64,000 nucleotides of DNA from Eledone cirrhosa (Eukaryota): the NCBI GenBank assembly GCA_964016885.1, contig OZ024750.1, positions 35,836,001 to 35,900,000 of the forward strand, given 5' to 3'. Below, in pieces: positions 1 through 18,300 of this stretch. The first letter of the stretch is position 1; each line of letters starts with the position of its first letter. Under the pieces are notes generated by a model. That model was given only the letters and a program-made list of their open reading frames with translations, was not told the origin of the DNA and searched no databases. The translations under genes were made by a program, and so were the position numbers.

Positions 1-3000
1 ATACTGTTACTATATTATGTAGTTACTATATTATACTGTTACTATATTATGTAGTTACTATATTATACAGTTACTATATTATACAGTAACTATTTTATAC
101 AGTTACTATATTATACTGTTACTATATTATACAGTTACTATATTATACAGTTACTATATTATACTGTTACTATATTATACGGTTACTATATTATAGTGTT
201 ACTATATTATGTAGTTACTATATCATACAGTTACTATATTATACTGTTACTATCTTATACTGTTACTATATTATACAGTTACTATATTATACTGTTACTA
301 TATTATACAGTTAATATATTATACAGTTACTATATTATACAGTTACTATATTATACTGTTACTATATTATACAGTTACTATATTATACTGTTACTATATT
401 ATACTGTTACTATATTATACAGTTACTATATTATACAGTTACTATATTATACAGTTACTATATTATACTGTTCCTATATTATACAGTTACTATATTATAC
501 TGTTACTATATTACACTGTTACTATATTATACTGTTACTGTATTATACTGTTACTATATTATACAGTTACTATATTATACTGTTACTATATTATACAGTT
601 ACTATATTATACTGTTACTATATTATACTGTTACTATATTATGTAGTTACTATATTATACTGTTACTATATTATGTAGTTACTATATTATACAGTTACTA
701 TATTATACAGTTACTATATTATACTGTTACTATATTATACAGTTACTATATTATACTGTTACTATATTATACAGTTACTATATTATACTGTTACTATATT
801 ATACAGTTACTATATTATACTGTTACTATATTATGCAGTTACTATATTATACAGTTACTATATTATACTGTTACTATATTATACTGTTACTATATTATAC
901 AGTTACTATATTATACTGTTACTATATTATACTGTTACTATATTATACAGTTACTATATTATACTGTTACTATATTATGTAGTTACTATATTATGTAGTT
1001 ACTATATTATACAGTTACTATATTATACTGTTACTATATTATACAGTTACTATATTATACTGTTACTATATTATACTGTTACTATATTATACTGTTACTA
1101 TATTATACAGTTACTATATTATACTGTTACTATATTATGTAGTTACTATATTATACTGTTACTATATTATGTAGTTACTATATTATACTGTTACTATATT
1201 ATGTAGTTACTATATTATAAAGTTACTATATTATACAGTTACTATATTATACTGTTACTATATTATACTGTTACTATATTATACTGTTACTATATTATGT
1301 AGTTACTATATTATACAGTTACTATATTATGTAGTTACTATATTATACTGTTACTATATTATGTAGTTACTATATTATACAGTTACTATATTATACAGTT
1401 ACTATATTATACTGTTACTATATTATACAGTTACTATATTATACTGTTACTATATTATGTAGTTACTATATTATACTGTTACTATATTATGTAGTTACTA
1501 TATTATACAGTTACTATATTATACAGTTACTATATTATACAGTTACTATATTATACAGTTACTATATTATACTGTTACTATATTATACAGTTACTATATT
1601 ATACTATTAATATATTATACTGTTAATATATTATACTGTTACTATATAATGTAGTTACTATATTATGTAGTTACTATATTATACAGTTACTATATTATAC
1701 TGTTATTATATTACACAGTTACTATATTATACAGTTACTATATTATACTGTTACTATATTATACAGTTACTATATTATGCAGTTACTATATTATACAGTT
1801 AATATATTATACAGTTACTATATTATGCTGTTACTATATTATACAGTTACTATATTATACAGTTACTATATTATACTGTTACTATATTATGTAGTTACTA
1901 TATTATACAGTTACTATATTATACTGTTACTATATTATACTGTTACTATATTATACAGTTACTATATTATACTGTTACTATATTATACTGTTACTATATT
2001 ATACTGTTACTATATTATACTGTTACTATATTATGTAGTTACTATATTATACTGTTACTATATTATGTAGTTACTTTATTATACTGTTACTATATTATAC
2101 TGTTACTATATTATACTGTTACTATATTATACAGTTACTATATTATGTAGTTACTATATTATACAGTTACTATATTATACAGTTACTATATTATACAGTT
2201 ACTATATTATACTGTTAGTATATTATGTAGTTACTATATTATACTGTTACTATATTATACTGTTACTATATTATACTGTTACTATATTATACAGTTAGTA
2301 TATTATGTAGTTACTATATTATACTATTACTATATTATACAGTTACTATATTATGTAGTTACTATATTATACTGTTACTATATTATACTGTTAATATATT
2401 ATACAGTTACTATATTATGTAGTTACTATATTATACAGTTACTATATTATACAGTTACTATATTATACAGTTACTATATTATACAGTTACTATATTATAC
2501 AGTTACTATATTATGTAGTTACTATATTATACAGTTACTATATTATGTAGTTACTATATTATACAGTTACTATATTATACTGTTACTATATTATACAGTT
2601 ACTATATTATACAGTTACTATATTATACTGTTACTATATTATGTAGTTACTATATTATACTGTTACTATATTATACTGTTACTATATTATACTGTTACTA
2701 TGTTATACTGTTACTATATTATACTGTTACTATATTATACAGTTACTATATTATACTGTTACTATATTATACAGTTAATATATTATACTGTTACTATATT
2801 ATACAGTTACTATATTATACTGTTACTATAGTATGTAGTTAATATATTATACTGTTACTATATTATACTGTTACTATATTATACTGTTACTATATTATAC
2901 TGTTACTATGTTATACAGTTACTATATTATACTGTTACTATATTATGTAGTTACTATATTATACTGTTACTATATTATACTGTTACTATATTATACAGTT

Positions 3001-3042
3001 ACTATATTGTACTGTTACTATATTATACAGTTACTATATTAT

Positions 3043-3082
3043 ACAGTATAATATAGTAACAGTATAATATAGTAACAGTATA
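3043..3082 (-). repeat. Inverted tract of ~2.5 monomers within the array (copy 1)
   Basis: AGTATAATATAGTAAC at 3045-3060 and 3061-3076 is the exact reverse complement of the ACT monomer GTTACTATATTATACT. The reverse-complement match extends over 3043-3082. Confidence 0.97.
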
Positions 3083-6000
3083 TTATACAGTTACTATATT
3101 ATGTAGTTACTATATTATACAGTTACTATATTATACAGTTACTATATTATGTAGTTACTATATTATACAGTTACTATATTATACTGTTACTATATTATAC
3201 AGTTACTATATTATACTGTTACTATATTAAACTGTTACCATATTATACTGTTACTATATTATACTGTTACTATATTATACTGTTACTATATTATGTAGAT
3301 ACTATATTATACAGTTACTATATTATACAGTTACTATATTATACAGTTACTATATTATACAGTTACTATATTATACTGTTACTATATTATACTGTTACTA
3401 TATTATACTGTTACTATATTATACAGTTACTATATTATACAGTTACTATATTATACTGTTACTATATTATACTGTTACTATATTATACAGTTACTATATT
3501 ATACAGTTACTATATTATTCTGTTACTATATTATACAGTTACTATATTATACAGTTACTATATTATACAGTTACTATATTATACTGTTACTATATTATAC
3601 AGTTACTATATTATACTGTTACTATATAATACTGTTACTATATTATACAGTTACTATATTATACTGTTACTATATTTTACAGTAACTATATTATACAGTT
3701 ACTATATTATACAGTTACTATATTATACTGTTACTATATTATACAGTTACTATATTATACTGTTACTATATTATACAGTTACTACATTATACTGTTACTA
3801 TATCATACAGTTACTATATTATACTGTTACTATATTATACTATTACTATATTATACAGTTACTATATTATACAGTTACTATATTATACAGTTACTATATT
3901 ATACTGTTACTATATTATACTGTTACTATATTATACAGTTACTATATTATACAGTTACTATATTATACTGTTACTATATTATAATGTTACTATATTATAC
4001 TGTTACTATATTATACTGTTACTATATTATACAGTTACTATATTATTCTGTTACTATATTATACAGTTTCTATATTATACTGTTACTATATTATACTGTT
4101 ACTATATTATGTAGTTACTTTATTATACTGTTACTATATTATGTAGTTACTATATTATACAGTTACTATATTATACAGTTACTATATTATACAGTTACTA
4201 TATTATACTGTTACTATATTATTCTGTTACTATATTATACTGTTACTATATTATACAGTTACTATATTATACTGTTACAATATTATACTGTTACTATATT
4301 ATACAGTTACTATATTATACTGTTACTATATTATACAGTTACTATATTATACTGTTACTATATTATACTGTTACTATATTATACTGTTACTATATTATAC
4401 AGTTACTATATTATACTGTTACTATATTATGTAGTTACTATATTATACTGTTAGTATATTATGTAGTTACTATAGTATACTGTTACTATATTATGTAGTT
4501 ACTATATTATACAGTTACTATATTATACAGTTACTATATTATACTGTTACTATATTATACTGTTACTATATTATACTGTTACTATATTATGTAGTTACTA
4601 TATTATACAGTTACTATATTATGTAGTTACTATATTATACTGTTACTATATTATGTAGTTACTATATTATACACTTACTATATTATACAGTTACTATATT
4701 ATACTGTTACTATATTATACAGTTACTATATTATACTGTTACTATATTATGTAGTTACTATATTATACTGTTACTATATTATGTAGTTACTATATTATAC
4801 AGTTACTATATTATATAGTTACTATATTATACAGTTACTATATTATACTGTTACTATATTATACAGTTACTATATTATACTGTTACTATATTATTCTGTT
4901 ACTATATTATACTGTTACTATATTATACTGTTACTATATTATGTAGTTACTATGTTATACAGTTACTATATTATACTGTTACTATATTATACAGTTACTA
5001 TATTATACAGTTACTATATTATACTGTTACTATATTATACGGTTACTATATTATACAGTTACTATATTATACAGTTACTATATTATACAGTTACTATATT
5101 ATACTGTTACTATATTATACAGTTACTATATTATACAGTTACTATATTATACTGTTACTATATTATGTAGTTACTATATTATACAGTTACTATATTGTAC
5201 TGTTACTATATTATACTGTTACTATATTATACTGTTACTATATTATACAGTTACTATATTATACGGTTACTATATTATACTGTTACTATATTATGTAGTT
5301 ACTATATCATACAGTTACTATATTATACTGTTACTATATTATACTCTTACTATATTATACAGTTACTATATTATACTGTTACTATATTATACAGTTACTA
5401 TATTATACAGTTACTATATTATACTGTTACTATATTATACAGTTACTATATTATACTGTTACTATATTATACTGTTACTATATTATACAGTTACTATATT
5501 ATACAGTTACTATATTATACAGTTACTATATTATACTGTTACTATATTATACTGTTACTATATTATACAGTTACTATATTATACTGTTACTGTATTATAC
5601 TGTTACTATATTATACAGTTACTATATTATACTGTTACTATATTATACAGTTACTATATTATACAGTTACTATATTATACTGTTACTATATTATACTGTT
5701 ACTATATTATACAGTTACTATATTATACAGTTACTATATTATACAGTTACTATATTATACTGTTACTATATTATACTGTTACTATATTATACTGTTACTA
5801 TATTATACAGTTACTATATTATACTGTTACTATATTATGTAGTTACTATATTATACTGTTACTATATTATACTGTTACTATATTATGTAGTTACTATATT
5901 ATACAGTTACTATATTATACAGTTACTATATTATACTGTTACTATATTATACTGTTACTATATTATACTGTTACTATATTATGTAGTTACTATATTATAC

Positions 6001-7278
6001 AGTTACTATATTATGTAGTTACTATATTATACTGTTACTATATTATGTAGTTACTATATTATACAGTTCCTATATTATACAGTTACTATATTATACTGTT
6101 ACTATATTATACAGTTACTATATTATACTGTTACTATATTATGTAGTTACTATATTATACTGTTACTATATTATGTAGTTACTATATTATACAGTTACTA
6201 TATTATATAGTTACTATATTATACAGTTACTATATTATACAGTTACTATATTATACTGTTACTATATTATACAGTTACTATACTATACTGTTACTATATT
6301 ATACTGTTACTATATTACACTGTTACTATATTATACTGTTACTATATTATGTAGTTACTATATTATACAGTTACTATATTATATAGTTACTATATTATAC
6401 AGTTACTATATTATACTGTTACTATATTATACAGTTACTATATTATACTGTTACTATATTATTCTGTTACTATATTATACTGTTACTATATTATACTGTT
6501 ACTATATTATACTGTTACTATATTATACAGTTAGTATATTATGTAGTTACTATATTATACTATTACTATATTATACAGTTACTATATTATGTAGTTACTA
6601 TATTATACTGTTACTATATTATACTGTTAATATATTATACAGTTACTATATTATGTAGTTACTATATTATACAGTTACTATATTATACAGTTACTATATT
6701 ATACAGTTACTATATTATACAGTTACTATATTATACAGTTACTATATTATGTAGTTACTATATTATACAGTTACTATATTATGTAGTTACTATATTATAC
6801 AGTTACTATATTATACTGTTACTATATTATACAGTTACTATATTATACAGTTACTATATTATACTGTTACTATATTATGTAGTTACTATATTATACTGTT
6901 ACTATATTATACTGTTACTATATTATACTGTTACTATGTTATACTGTTACTATATTATACTGTTACTATATTATACAGTTACTATATTATACTGTTACTA
7001 TATTATACAGTTAATATATTATACTGTTACTATATTATACAGTTACTATATTATACTGTTACTATAGTATGTAGTTACTATATTATACTGTTACTATATT
7101 ATACTGTTACTATATTATACTGTTACTATATTATACTGTTACTATGTTATACAGTTACTATATTATACTGTTACTATATTATGTAGTTACTATATTATAC
7201 TGTTACTATATTATACTGTTACTATATTATACAGTTACTATATTGTACTGTTACTATATTATACAGTTACTATATTAT

Positions 7279-7318
7279 ACAGTATAATATAGTAACAGTA
7301 TAATATAGTAACAGTATA
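7279..7318 (-). repeat. Inverted tract of ~2.5 monomers within the array (copy 2)
   Basis: Same sequence and same junctions as 3043-3082, 4236 bp downstream. Confidence 0.97.
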
Positions 7319-9315
7319 TTATACAGTTACTATATTATGTAGTTACTATATTATAAAGTTACTATATTATACAGTTACTATATTATGTAGTTACTATATT
7401 ATACAGTTACTATATTATACTGTTACTATATTATACAGTTACTATATTATACTGTTACTATATTAAACTGTTACCATATTATACTGTTACTATATTATAC
7501 TGTTACTATATTATACTGTTACTATATTATGTAGATACTTTATTATACAGTTACTATATTATACAGTTACTATATTATACAGTTACTATATTATACTGTT
7601 ACTATATTATACTGTTACTATATTATACTGTTACTATATTATACAGTTACTATATTATACAGTTACTATATTCTACTGTTACTATATTATACTGTTACTA
7701 TATTATACAGTTACTATATTATACAGTTACTATATTATTCTGTTACTATATTATACAGTTACTATATTATACAGTTACTATATTATACAGTTACTATATT
7801 ATACTGTTACTATATTATACAGTTACTATATTATACTGTTACTATATAATACTGTTACTATATTATACAGTTACTATATTATACTGTTACTATATTTTAC
7901 AGTAACTATATTATACAGTTACTATATTATACAGTTACTATATTATACTGTTACTATATTATACAGTTACTATATTATACTGTTACTATATTATACAGTT
8001 ACTACATTATACTGTTACTATATCATACAGTTACTATATTATACTGTTACTATATTATACTGTTACTATATTATACAGTTACTATATTATACTCTTACTA
8101 TATTATACATTTACTATATTATACAGTTACTATATTATACAGTTACTATATTATACTGTTACTATATTATACAGTTACTATATTATACTGTTACTATATT
8201 ATACTGTTACTATATTATACAGTTACTATATTATACAGTTACTATATTATACAGTTACTATATTATACTGTTACTATATTATACTGTTACTATATTATAC
8301 AGTTACTATATTATACAGTTACTATATTATACTGTTACTATATTATAATGTTACTATATTATACTGTTACTATATTATACTGTTACTATATTATACAGTT
8401 ACTATATTATACTGTTACTATATTATACAGTTTCTATATTATACTGTTACTATATTATACTGTTACTATATTATGTAGTTACTTTATTATACTGTTACTA
8501 TATTATGTAGTTACTATATTATACAGTTACTATATTATACAGTTACTATATTATACAGTTACTATATTATACTGTTACTATATTATTCTGTTACTATATT
8601 ATACTGTTACTATATTATACAGTTACTATATTATACTGTTACAATATTATACTGTTACTATATTATACAGTTACTATATTATACTGTTACTATATTATAC
8701 AGTTACTATATTATACTGTTACTATATTATACTGTTACTATATTATACTGTTACTATATTATACAGTTACTATATTATACTGTTACTATATTATGTAGTT
8801 ACTATATTATACTGTTAGTATATTATGTAGTTACTATAGTATACTGTTACTATATTATGTAGTTACTATATTATACAGTTACTATATTATACAGTTACTA
8901 TATTATACTGTTACTATATTATACTGTTACTATATTATACTGTTACTATATTATGTAGTTACTATATTATACAGTTACTATATTATGTAGTTACTATATT
9001 ATACTGTTACTATATTATGTAGTTACTATATTATACACTTACTATATTATACAGTTACTATATTATACTGTTACTATATTATACAGTTACTATATTATAC
9101 TGTTACTATATTATGTAGTTACTATATTATACTGTTACTATATTATGTAGTTACTATATTATACAGTTACTATATTATATAGTTACTATATTATACAGTT
9201 ACTATATTATACTGTTACTATATTATACAGTTACTATATTATACTGTTACTATATTATTCTGTTACTATATTATACTGTTACTATATTATACTGTTACTA
9301 TATTATGTAGTTACT

Positions 9316-12300
9316 ATGTTATACAGTTACTATATTATACTGTTACTATATTATACAGTTACTATATTATACAGTTACTATATTATACTGTTACTATATT
9401 ATACGGTTACTATATTATACAGTTACTATATTATACAGTTACTATATTATACAGTTACTATATTATACTGTTACTATATTATACAGTTACTATATTATAC
9501 AGTTACTATATTATACTGTTACTATATTATGTAGTTACTATATTATACAGTTACTATATTGTACTGTTACTATATTATACTGTTACTATATTATACTGTT
9601 ACTATATTATACAGTTACTATATTATACGGTTACTATATTATACTGTTACTATATTATGTAGTTACTATATCATACAGTTACTATATTATACTGTTACTA
9701 TATTATACTCTTACTATATTATACAGTTACTATATTATACTGTTACTATATTATACAGTTACTATATTATACAGTTACTATATTATACTGTTACTATATT
9801 ATACAGTTACTATATTATACTGTTACTATATTATACTGTTACTATATTATACAGTTACTATATTATACAGTTACTATATTATACAGTTACTATATTATAC
9901 TGTTACTATATTATACTGTTACTATATTATACAGTTACTATATTATACTGTTACTGTATTATACTGTTACTATATTATACAGTTACTATATTATACTGTT
10001 ACTATATTATACAGTTACTATATTATACAGTTACTATATTATACTGTTACTATATTATACTGTTACTATATTATACAGTTACTATATTATACTGTTACTA
10101 TATTATACAGTTACTATATTATACTGTTACTATATTATACTGTCACTATATTATACTGTTACTATATTATACAGTTACTATATTATACTGTTACTATATT
10201 ATGTAGTTACTATATTATACTGTTACTATATTATACTGTTACTATATTATGTAGTTACTATATTATACAGTTACTATATTATACAGTTACTATATTATAC
10301 TGTTACTATATTATACTGTTACAATATTATACTGTTACTATATTATACAGTTACTATATTATACTGTTACTATATTATACAGTTACTATATTATACTGTT
10401 ACTATATTATACTGTTACTATATTATACTGTTACTATATTATACAGTTACTATATTATACTGTTACTATATTATGTAGTTACTATATTATACTGTTAGTA
10501 TATTATGTAGTTACTATAGTATACTGTTACTATATTATGTAGTTACTATATTATACAGTTACTATATTATACAGTTACTATATTATACTGTTACTATATT
10601 ATACTGTTACTATATTATACTGTTACTATATTATGTAGTTACTATATTATACAGTTACTATATTATGTAGTTACTATATTATACTGTTACTATATTATGT
10701 AGTTACTATATTATACACTTACTATATTATACAGTTACTATATTATACTGTTACTATATTATACAGTTACTATATTATACTGTTACTATATTATGTAGTT
10801 ACTATATTATACTGTTACTATATTATGTAGTTACTATATTATACAGTTACTATATTATATAGTTACTATATTATACAGTTACTATATTATACTGTTACTA
10901 TATTATACAGTTACTATATTATACTGTTACTATATTATTCTGTTACTATATTATACTGTTACTATATTATACTGTTACTATATTATGTAGTTACTATGTT
11001 ATACAGTTACTATATTATACTGTTACTATATTATACAGTTACTATATTATACAGTTACTATATTATACTGTTACTATATTATACGGTTACTATATTATAC
11101 AGTTACTATATTATACAGTTACTATATTATACAGTTACTATATTATACTGTTACTATATTATACAGTTACTATATTATACAGTTACTATATTATACTGTT
11201 ACTATATTATGTAGTTACTATATTATACAGTTACTATATTGTACTGTTACTATATTATACTGTTACTATATTATACTGTTACTATATTATACAGTTACTA
11301 TATTATACGGTTACTATATTATACTGTTACTATATTATGTAGTTACTATATCATACAGTTACTATATTATACTGTTACTATATTATACTCTTACTATATT
11401 ATACAGTTACTATATTATACTGTTACTATATTATACAGTTACTATATTATACAGTTACTATATTATACTGTTACTATATTATACAGTTACTATATTATAC
11501 TGTTACTATATTATACTGTTACTATATTATACAGTTACTATATTATACAGTTACTATATTATACAGTTACTATATTATACTGTTACTATATTATACTGTT
11601 ACTATATTATACAGTTACTATATTATACTGTTACTGTATTATACTGTTACTATATTATACAGTTACTATATTATACTGTTACTATATTATACAGTTACTA
11701 TATTATACAGTTACTATATTATACTGTTACTATATTATACTGTTACTATATTATACAGTTACTATATTATACTGTTACTATATTATACAGTTACTATATT
11801 ATACTGTTACTATATTATACTGTTACTATATTATACTGTTACTATATTATACAGTTACTATATTATACTGTTACTATATTATGTAGTTACTATATTATAC
11901 TGTTACTATATTATACTGTTACTATATTATGTAGTTACTATATTATACAGTTACTATATTATACAGTTACTATATTATACTGTTACTATATTATACTGTT
12001 ACTATATTATACTGTTACTATATTATGTAGTTACTATATTATACAGTTACTATATTATGTAGTTACTATATTATACTGTTACTATATTATGTAGTTACTA
12101 TATTATACAGTTCCTATATTATACAGTTACTATATTATACTGTTACTATATTATACAGTTACTATATTATACTGTTACTATATTATGTAGTTACTATATT
12201 ATACTGTTACTATATTATGTAGTTACTATATTATACAGTTACTATATTATATAGTTACTATATTATACAGTTACTATTTTATACAGTTACTATATTATAC

Positions 12301-15300
12301 TGTTACTATATTATACAGTTACTATACTATACTGTTACTATATTATACTGTTACTATATTACACTGTTACTATATTATACTGTTACTATATTATGTAGTT
12401 ACTATATTATACAGTTACTATATTATATAGTTACTATATTATACAGTTACTATATTATACTGTTACTATATTATACAGTTACTATATTATACTGTTACTA
12501 TATTATTCTGTTACTATATTATACTGTTACTATATTATACTGTTACTATATTATGTAGTTACTATGTTATACAGTTACTATATTATACTGTTACTATATT
12601 ATACAGTTACTATATTATACAGTTACTATATTATACTGTTACTATATTATACTGTTACTATATTATACAGTTACTATATTATACTGTTACTGTATTATAC
12701 TGTTACTATATTATACAGTTACTATATTATACTGTTACTATATTATACAGTTACTATATTATACAGTTACTATATTATACTGTTACTATATTATACTGTT
12801 ACTATATTATACAGTTACTATATTATACTGTTACTATATTATACAGTTACTATATTATACTGTTACTATATTATACTGTTACTATATTATACTGTTACTA
12901 TATTATACAGTTACTATATTATACTGTTACTATATTATGTAGTTACTATATTATACTGTTACTATATTATACTGTTACTATATTATGTAGTTACTATATT
13001 ATACAGTTACTATATTATACAGTTACTATATTATACTGTTACTATATTATACTGTTACAATATTATACTGTTACTATATTATACAGTTACTATATTATAC
13101 TGTTACTATATTATACAGTTACTATATTATACTGTTACTATATTATACTGTTACTATATTATACTGTTACTATATTATACAGTTACTATATTATACTGTT
13201 ACTATATTATGTAGTTACTATATTATACTGTTAGTATATTATGTAGTTACTATAGTATACTGTTACTATATTATGTAGTTACTATATTATACAGTTACTA
13301 TATTATACAGTTACTATATTATACTGTTACTATATTATACTGTTACTATATTATACTGTTACTATATTATGTAGTTACTATATTATACAGTTACTATATT
13401 ATGTAGTTACTATATTATACTGTTACTATATTATGTAGTTACTATATTATACACTTACTATATTATACAGTTACTATATTATACTGTTACTATATTATAC
13501 AGTTACTATATTATACTGTTACTATATTATGTAGTTACTATATTATACTGTTACTATATTATGTAGTTACTATATTATACAGTTACTATATTATATAGTT
13601 ACTATATTATACAGTTACTATATTATACTGTTACTATATTATACAGTTACTATATTATACTGTTACTATATTATTCTGTTACTATATTATACTGTTACTA
13701 TATTATACTGTTACTATATTATGTAGTTACTATGTTATACAGTTACTATATTATACTGTTACTATATTATACAGTTACTATATTATACAGTTACTATATT
13801 ATACTGTTACTATATTATACGGTTACTATATTATACAGTTACTATATTATACAGTTACTATATTATACAGTTACTATATTATACTGTTACTATATTATAC
13901 AGTTACTATATTATACAGTTACTATATTATACTGTTACTATATTATGTAGTTACTATATTATACAGTTACTATATTGTACTGTTACTATATTATACTGTT
14001 ACTATATTATACTGTTACTATATTATACAGTTACTATATTATACGGTTACTATATTATACTGTTACTATATTATGTAGTTACTATATCATACAGTTACTA
14101 TATTATACTGTTACTATATTATACTCTTACTATATTATACAGTTACTATATTATACTGTTACTATATTATACAGTTACTATATTATACAGTTACTATATT
14201 ATACTGTTACTATATTATACAGTTACTATATTATACTGTTACTATATTATACTGTTACTATATTATACAGTTACTATATTATACAGTTACTATATTATAC
14301 AGTTACTATATTATACTGTTACTATATTATACTGTTACTATATTATACAGTTACTATATTATACTGTTACTGTATTATACTGTTACTATATTATACAGTT
14401 ACTATATTATACTGTTACTATATTATACAGTTACTATATTATACAGTTACTATATTATACTGTTACTATATTATACTGTTACTATATTATACAGTTACTA
14501 TATTATACTGTTACTATATTATACAGTTACTATATTATACTGTTACTATATTATACTGTTACTATATTATACTGTTACTATATTATACAGTTACTATATT
14601 ATACTGTTACTATATTATGTAGTTACTATATTATACTGTTACTATATTATACTGTTACTATATTATGTAGTTACTATATTATACAGTTACTATATTATAC
14701 AGTTACTATATTATACTGTTACTATATTATACTGTTACTATATTATACTGTTACTATATTATGTAGTTACTATATTATACAGTTACTATATTATGTAGTT
14801 ACTATATTATACTGTTACTATATTATGTAGTTACTATATTATACAGTTCCTATATTATACAGTTACTATATTATACTGTTACTATATTATACAGTTACTA
14901 TATTATACTGTTACTATATTATGTAGTTACTATATTATACTGTTACTATATTATGTAGTTACTATATTATACAGTTACTATATTATATAGTTACTATATT
15001 ATACAGTTACTATTTTATACAGTTACTATATTATACTGTTACTATATTATACAGTTACTATACTATACTGTTACTATATTATACTGTTACTATATTACAC
15101 TGTTACTATATTATACTGTTACTATATTATGTAGTTACTATATTATACAGTTACTATATTATATAGTTACTATATTATACAGTTACTATATTATACTGTT
15201 ACTATATTATACAGTTACTATATTATACTGTTACTATATTATTCTGTTACTATATTATACTGTTACTATATTATACTGTTACTATATTATGTAGTTACTA

Positions 15301-18300
15301 TGTTATACAGTTACTATATTATACTGTTACTATATTATACAGTTACTATATTATACAGTTACTATATTATACTGTTACTATATTATACGGTTACTATATT
15401 ATACAGTTACTATATTATACAGTTACTATATTATACAGTTACTATATTATACTGTTACTATATTATACAGTTACTATATTATACAGATACTATATTATAC
15501 TGTTACTATATTATGTAGTTACTATATTATACAGTTACTATATTGTACTGTTACTATATTATACTGTTACTATATTATACTGTTACTATATTATACAGTT
15601 ACTATATTATACGGTTACTATATTATACTGTTACTATATTATGTAGTTACTATATCATACAGTTACTATATTATACTGTTACTATATTATACTCTTACTA
15701 TATTATACAGTTACTATATTATACTGTTACTATATTATACAGTTACTATATTATACAGTTACTATATTATACTGTTACTATATTATACACTTACTATATT
15801 ATACTGTTACTATATTATACTGTTACTATATTATACAGTTACTATATTATACAGTTACTATATTATACAGTTACTATATTATACTGTTACTATATTATAT
15901 TGTTACTATATTATACAGTTACTATATTATACTGTTACTGTATTATACTGTTACTATATTATACAGTTACTATATTATACTGTTACTATATTATACAGTT
16001 ACTATATTATACAGTTACTATATTATACTGTTACTATATTATACTGTTACTATATTATACAGTTACTATATTATACTGTTACTATATTATACAGTTACTA
16101 TATTATACTGTTACTATATTATACTGTTACTATATTATACTGTTACTATATTATACAGTTACTATATTATACTGTTACTATATTATGTAGTTACTATATT
16201 ATACTGTTACTATATTATACTGTTACTATATTATGTAGTTACTATATTATACAGTTACTATATTATACAGTTACTATATTATACTGTTACTATATTATAC
16301 TGTTACTATATTATACTGTTACTATATTATGTAGTTACTATATTATACAGTTACTATATTATGTAGTTACTATATTATACTGTTACTATATTATGTAGTT
16401 ACTATATTATACAGTTCCTATATTATACAGTTACTATATTATACTGTTACTATATTATACAGTTACTATATTATACTGTTACTATATTATGTAGTTACTA
16501 TATTATACTGTTACTATATTATGTAGTTACTATATTATACAGTTACTATATTATATAGTTACTATATTATAGAGTTACTATATTATACAGTTACTATATT
16601 ATACTGTTACTATATTATACAGTTACTATACTATACTGTTACTATATTATACTGTTACTATATTATACTGTTACTATATTATACTGTTACTATATTATGT
16701 AGTTACTATATTATACAGTTACTATATTATACTGTTACTATATTATACAGTTACTATATTATACAGTTACTATATTATACTGTTACTATATTATACGGTT
16801 ACTATATTATACAGTTACTATATTATACAGTTACTATATTATACAGTTACTATATTATACTGTTACTATATTATACAGTTACTATATTATACAGTTACTA
16901 TATTATACTGTTACTATATTATACTGTTACTATATTATACTGTTACTATATGATACAGTTACTATATTATACGGTTACTATATTATACTGTTACTATATT
17001 AAGTAGTTACTATATCATACAGTTACTATATTATACTGTTACTATATTATACTGTTACTATATTATACAGTTACTATATTATACTGTTACTATATTATAC
17101 AGTTACTATATTATACAGTTACTATATTATAAAGTTACTATATTATACTGTTACTATATTATACAGTTACTATATTATACTGTTACTATATTATACTGTT
17201 ACTATATTATACAGTTACTATATTATACAGTTACTATATTATACAGTTACTATATTATACTGTTACTATATTATACAGTTACTATATTATACTGTTACTA
17301 TATTATGTAGTTACTATATTATACTGTTACTATATTATACTGTTACTATATTATGTAGTTACTATATTATACAGTTACTATATTATACAGTTACTATATT
17401 ATACTGTTACTATATTATACTGTTACTATATTATACTGTTACTATATTATACTGTTACTATATTATACAGTTACTATATTATATTGTTACTATATTATAC
17501 AGTTACTATATTATACTGTTACTATATTATACTGTTACTATATTATACTGTTACTATATTATACAGTTACTATATTATACTGTTACTATATTATACAGTT
17601 ACTATATTATACAGTTACTATATTATAAAGTTACTATATTATACTGTTACTATATTATACAGTTACTATATTATACTGTTACTATATTATACTGTTACTA
17701 TATTATACAGTTACTATATTATACAGTTACTATATTATACAGTTACTATATTATACTGTTACTATATTATACAGTTACTATATTATACTGTTACTATATT
17801 ATGTAGTTACTATATTATACTGTTACTATATTATACTGTTACTATATTATGTAGTTACTATATTATACAGTTACTATATTATACAGTTACTATATTATAC
17901 TGTTACTATATTATGTAGTTACTATATTATACAGTTACTATATTGTACTGTTACTATATTATACTGTTACTATATTATACTGTTACTATATTATACAGTT
18001 ACTATATTATACGGTTACTATATTATACTGTTACTATATTATGTAGTTACTATATCATACAGTTACTATATTATACTGTTACTATATTATACTCTTACTA
18101 TATTATACAGTTACTATATTATACTGTTACTATATTATACAGTTACTATATTATACAGTTACTATATTATACTGTTACTATATTATACAGTTACTATATT
18201 ATACTGTTACTATATTATACTGTTACTATATTATACAGTTACTATATTATACAGTTACTATATTATACAGTTACTATATTATACTGTTACTATATTATAC

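Larger units (their letters stand above)
2240..10300 (+). repeat. Higher-order tandem duplication of ~4.2-4.4 kb (about 2240-6480 and 6480-10300; boundaries approximate)
   Basis: Rare markers recur at a fixed offset. GTTAGTA at 2295/6531 and the inverted tract at 3043/7279 are 4236 apart. Repeat-derived ORFs 3984/8348, 4952/9316 and 5195/9559 are 4364 apart, i.e. a net 8 extra monomers in copy 2. Confidence 0.85.
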
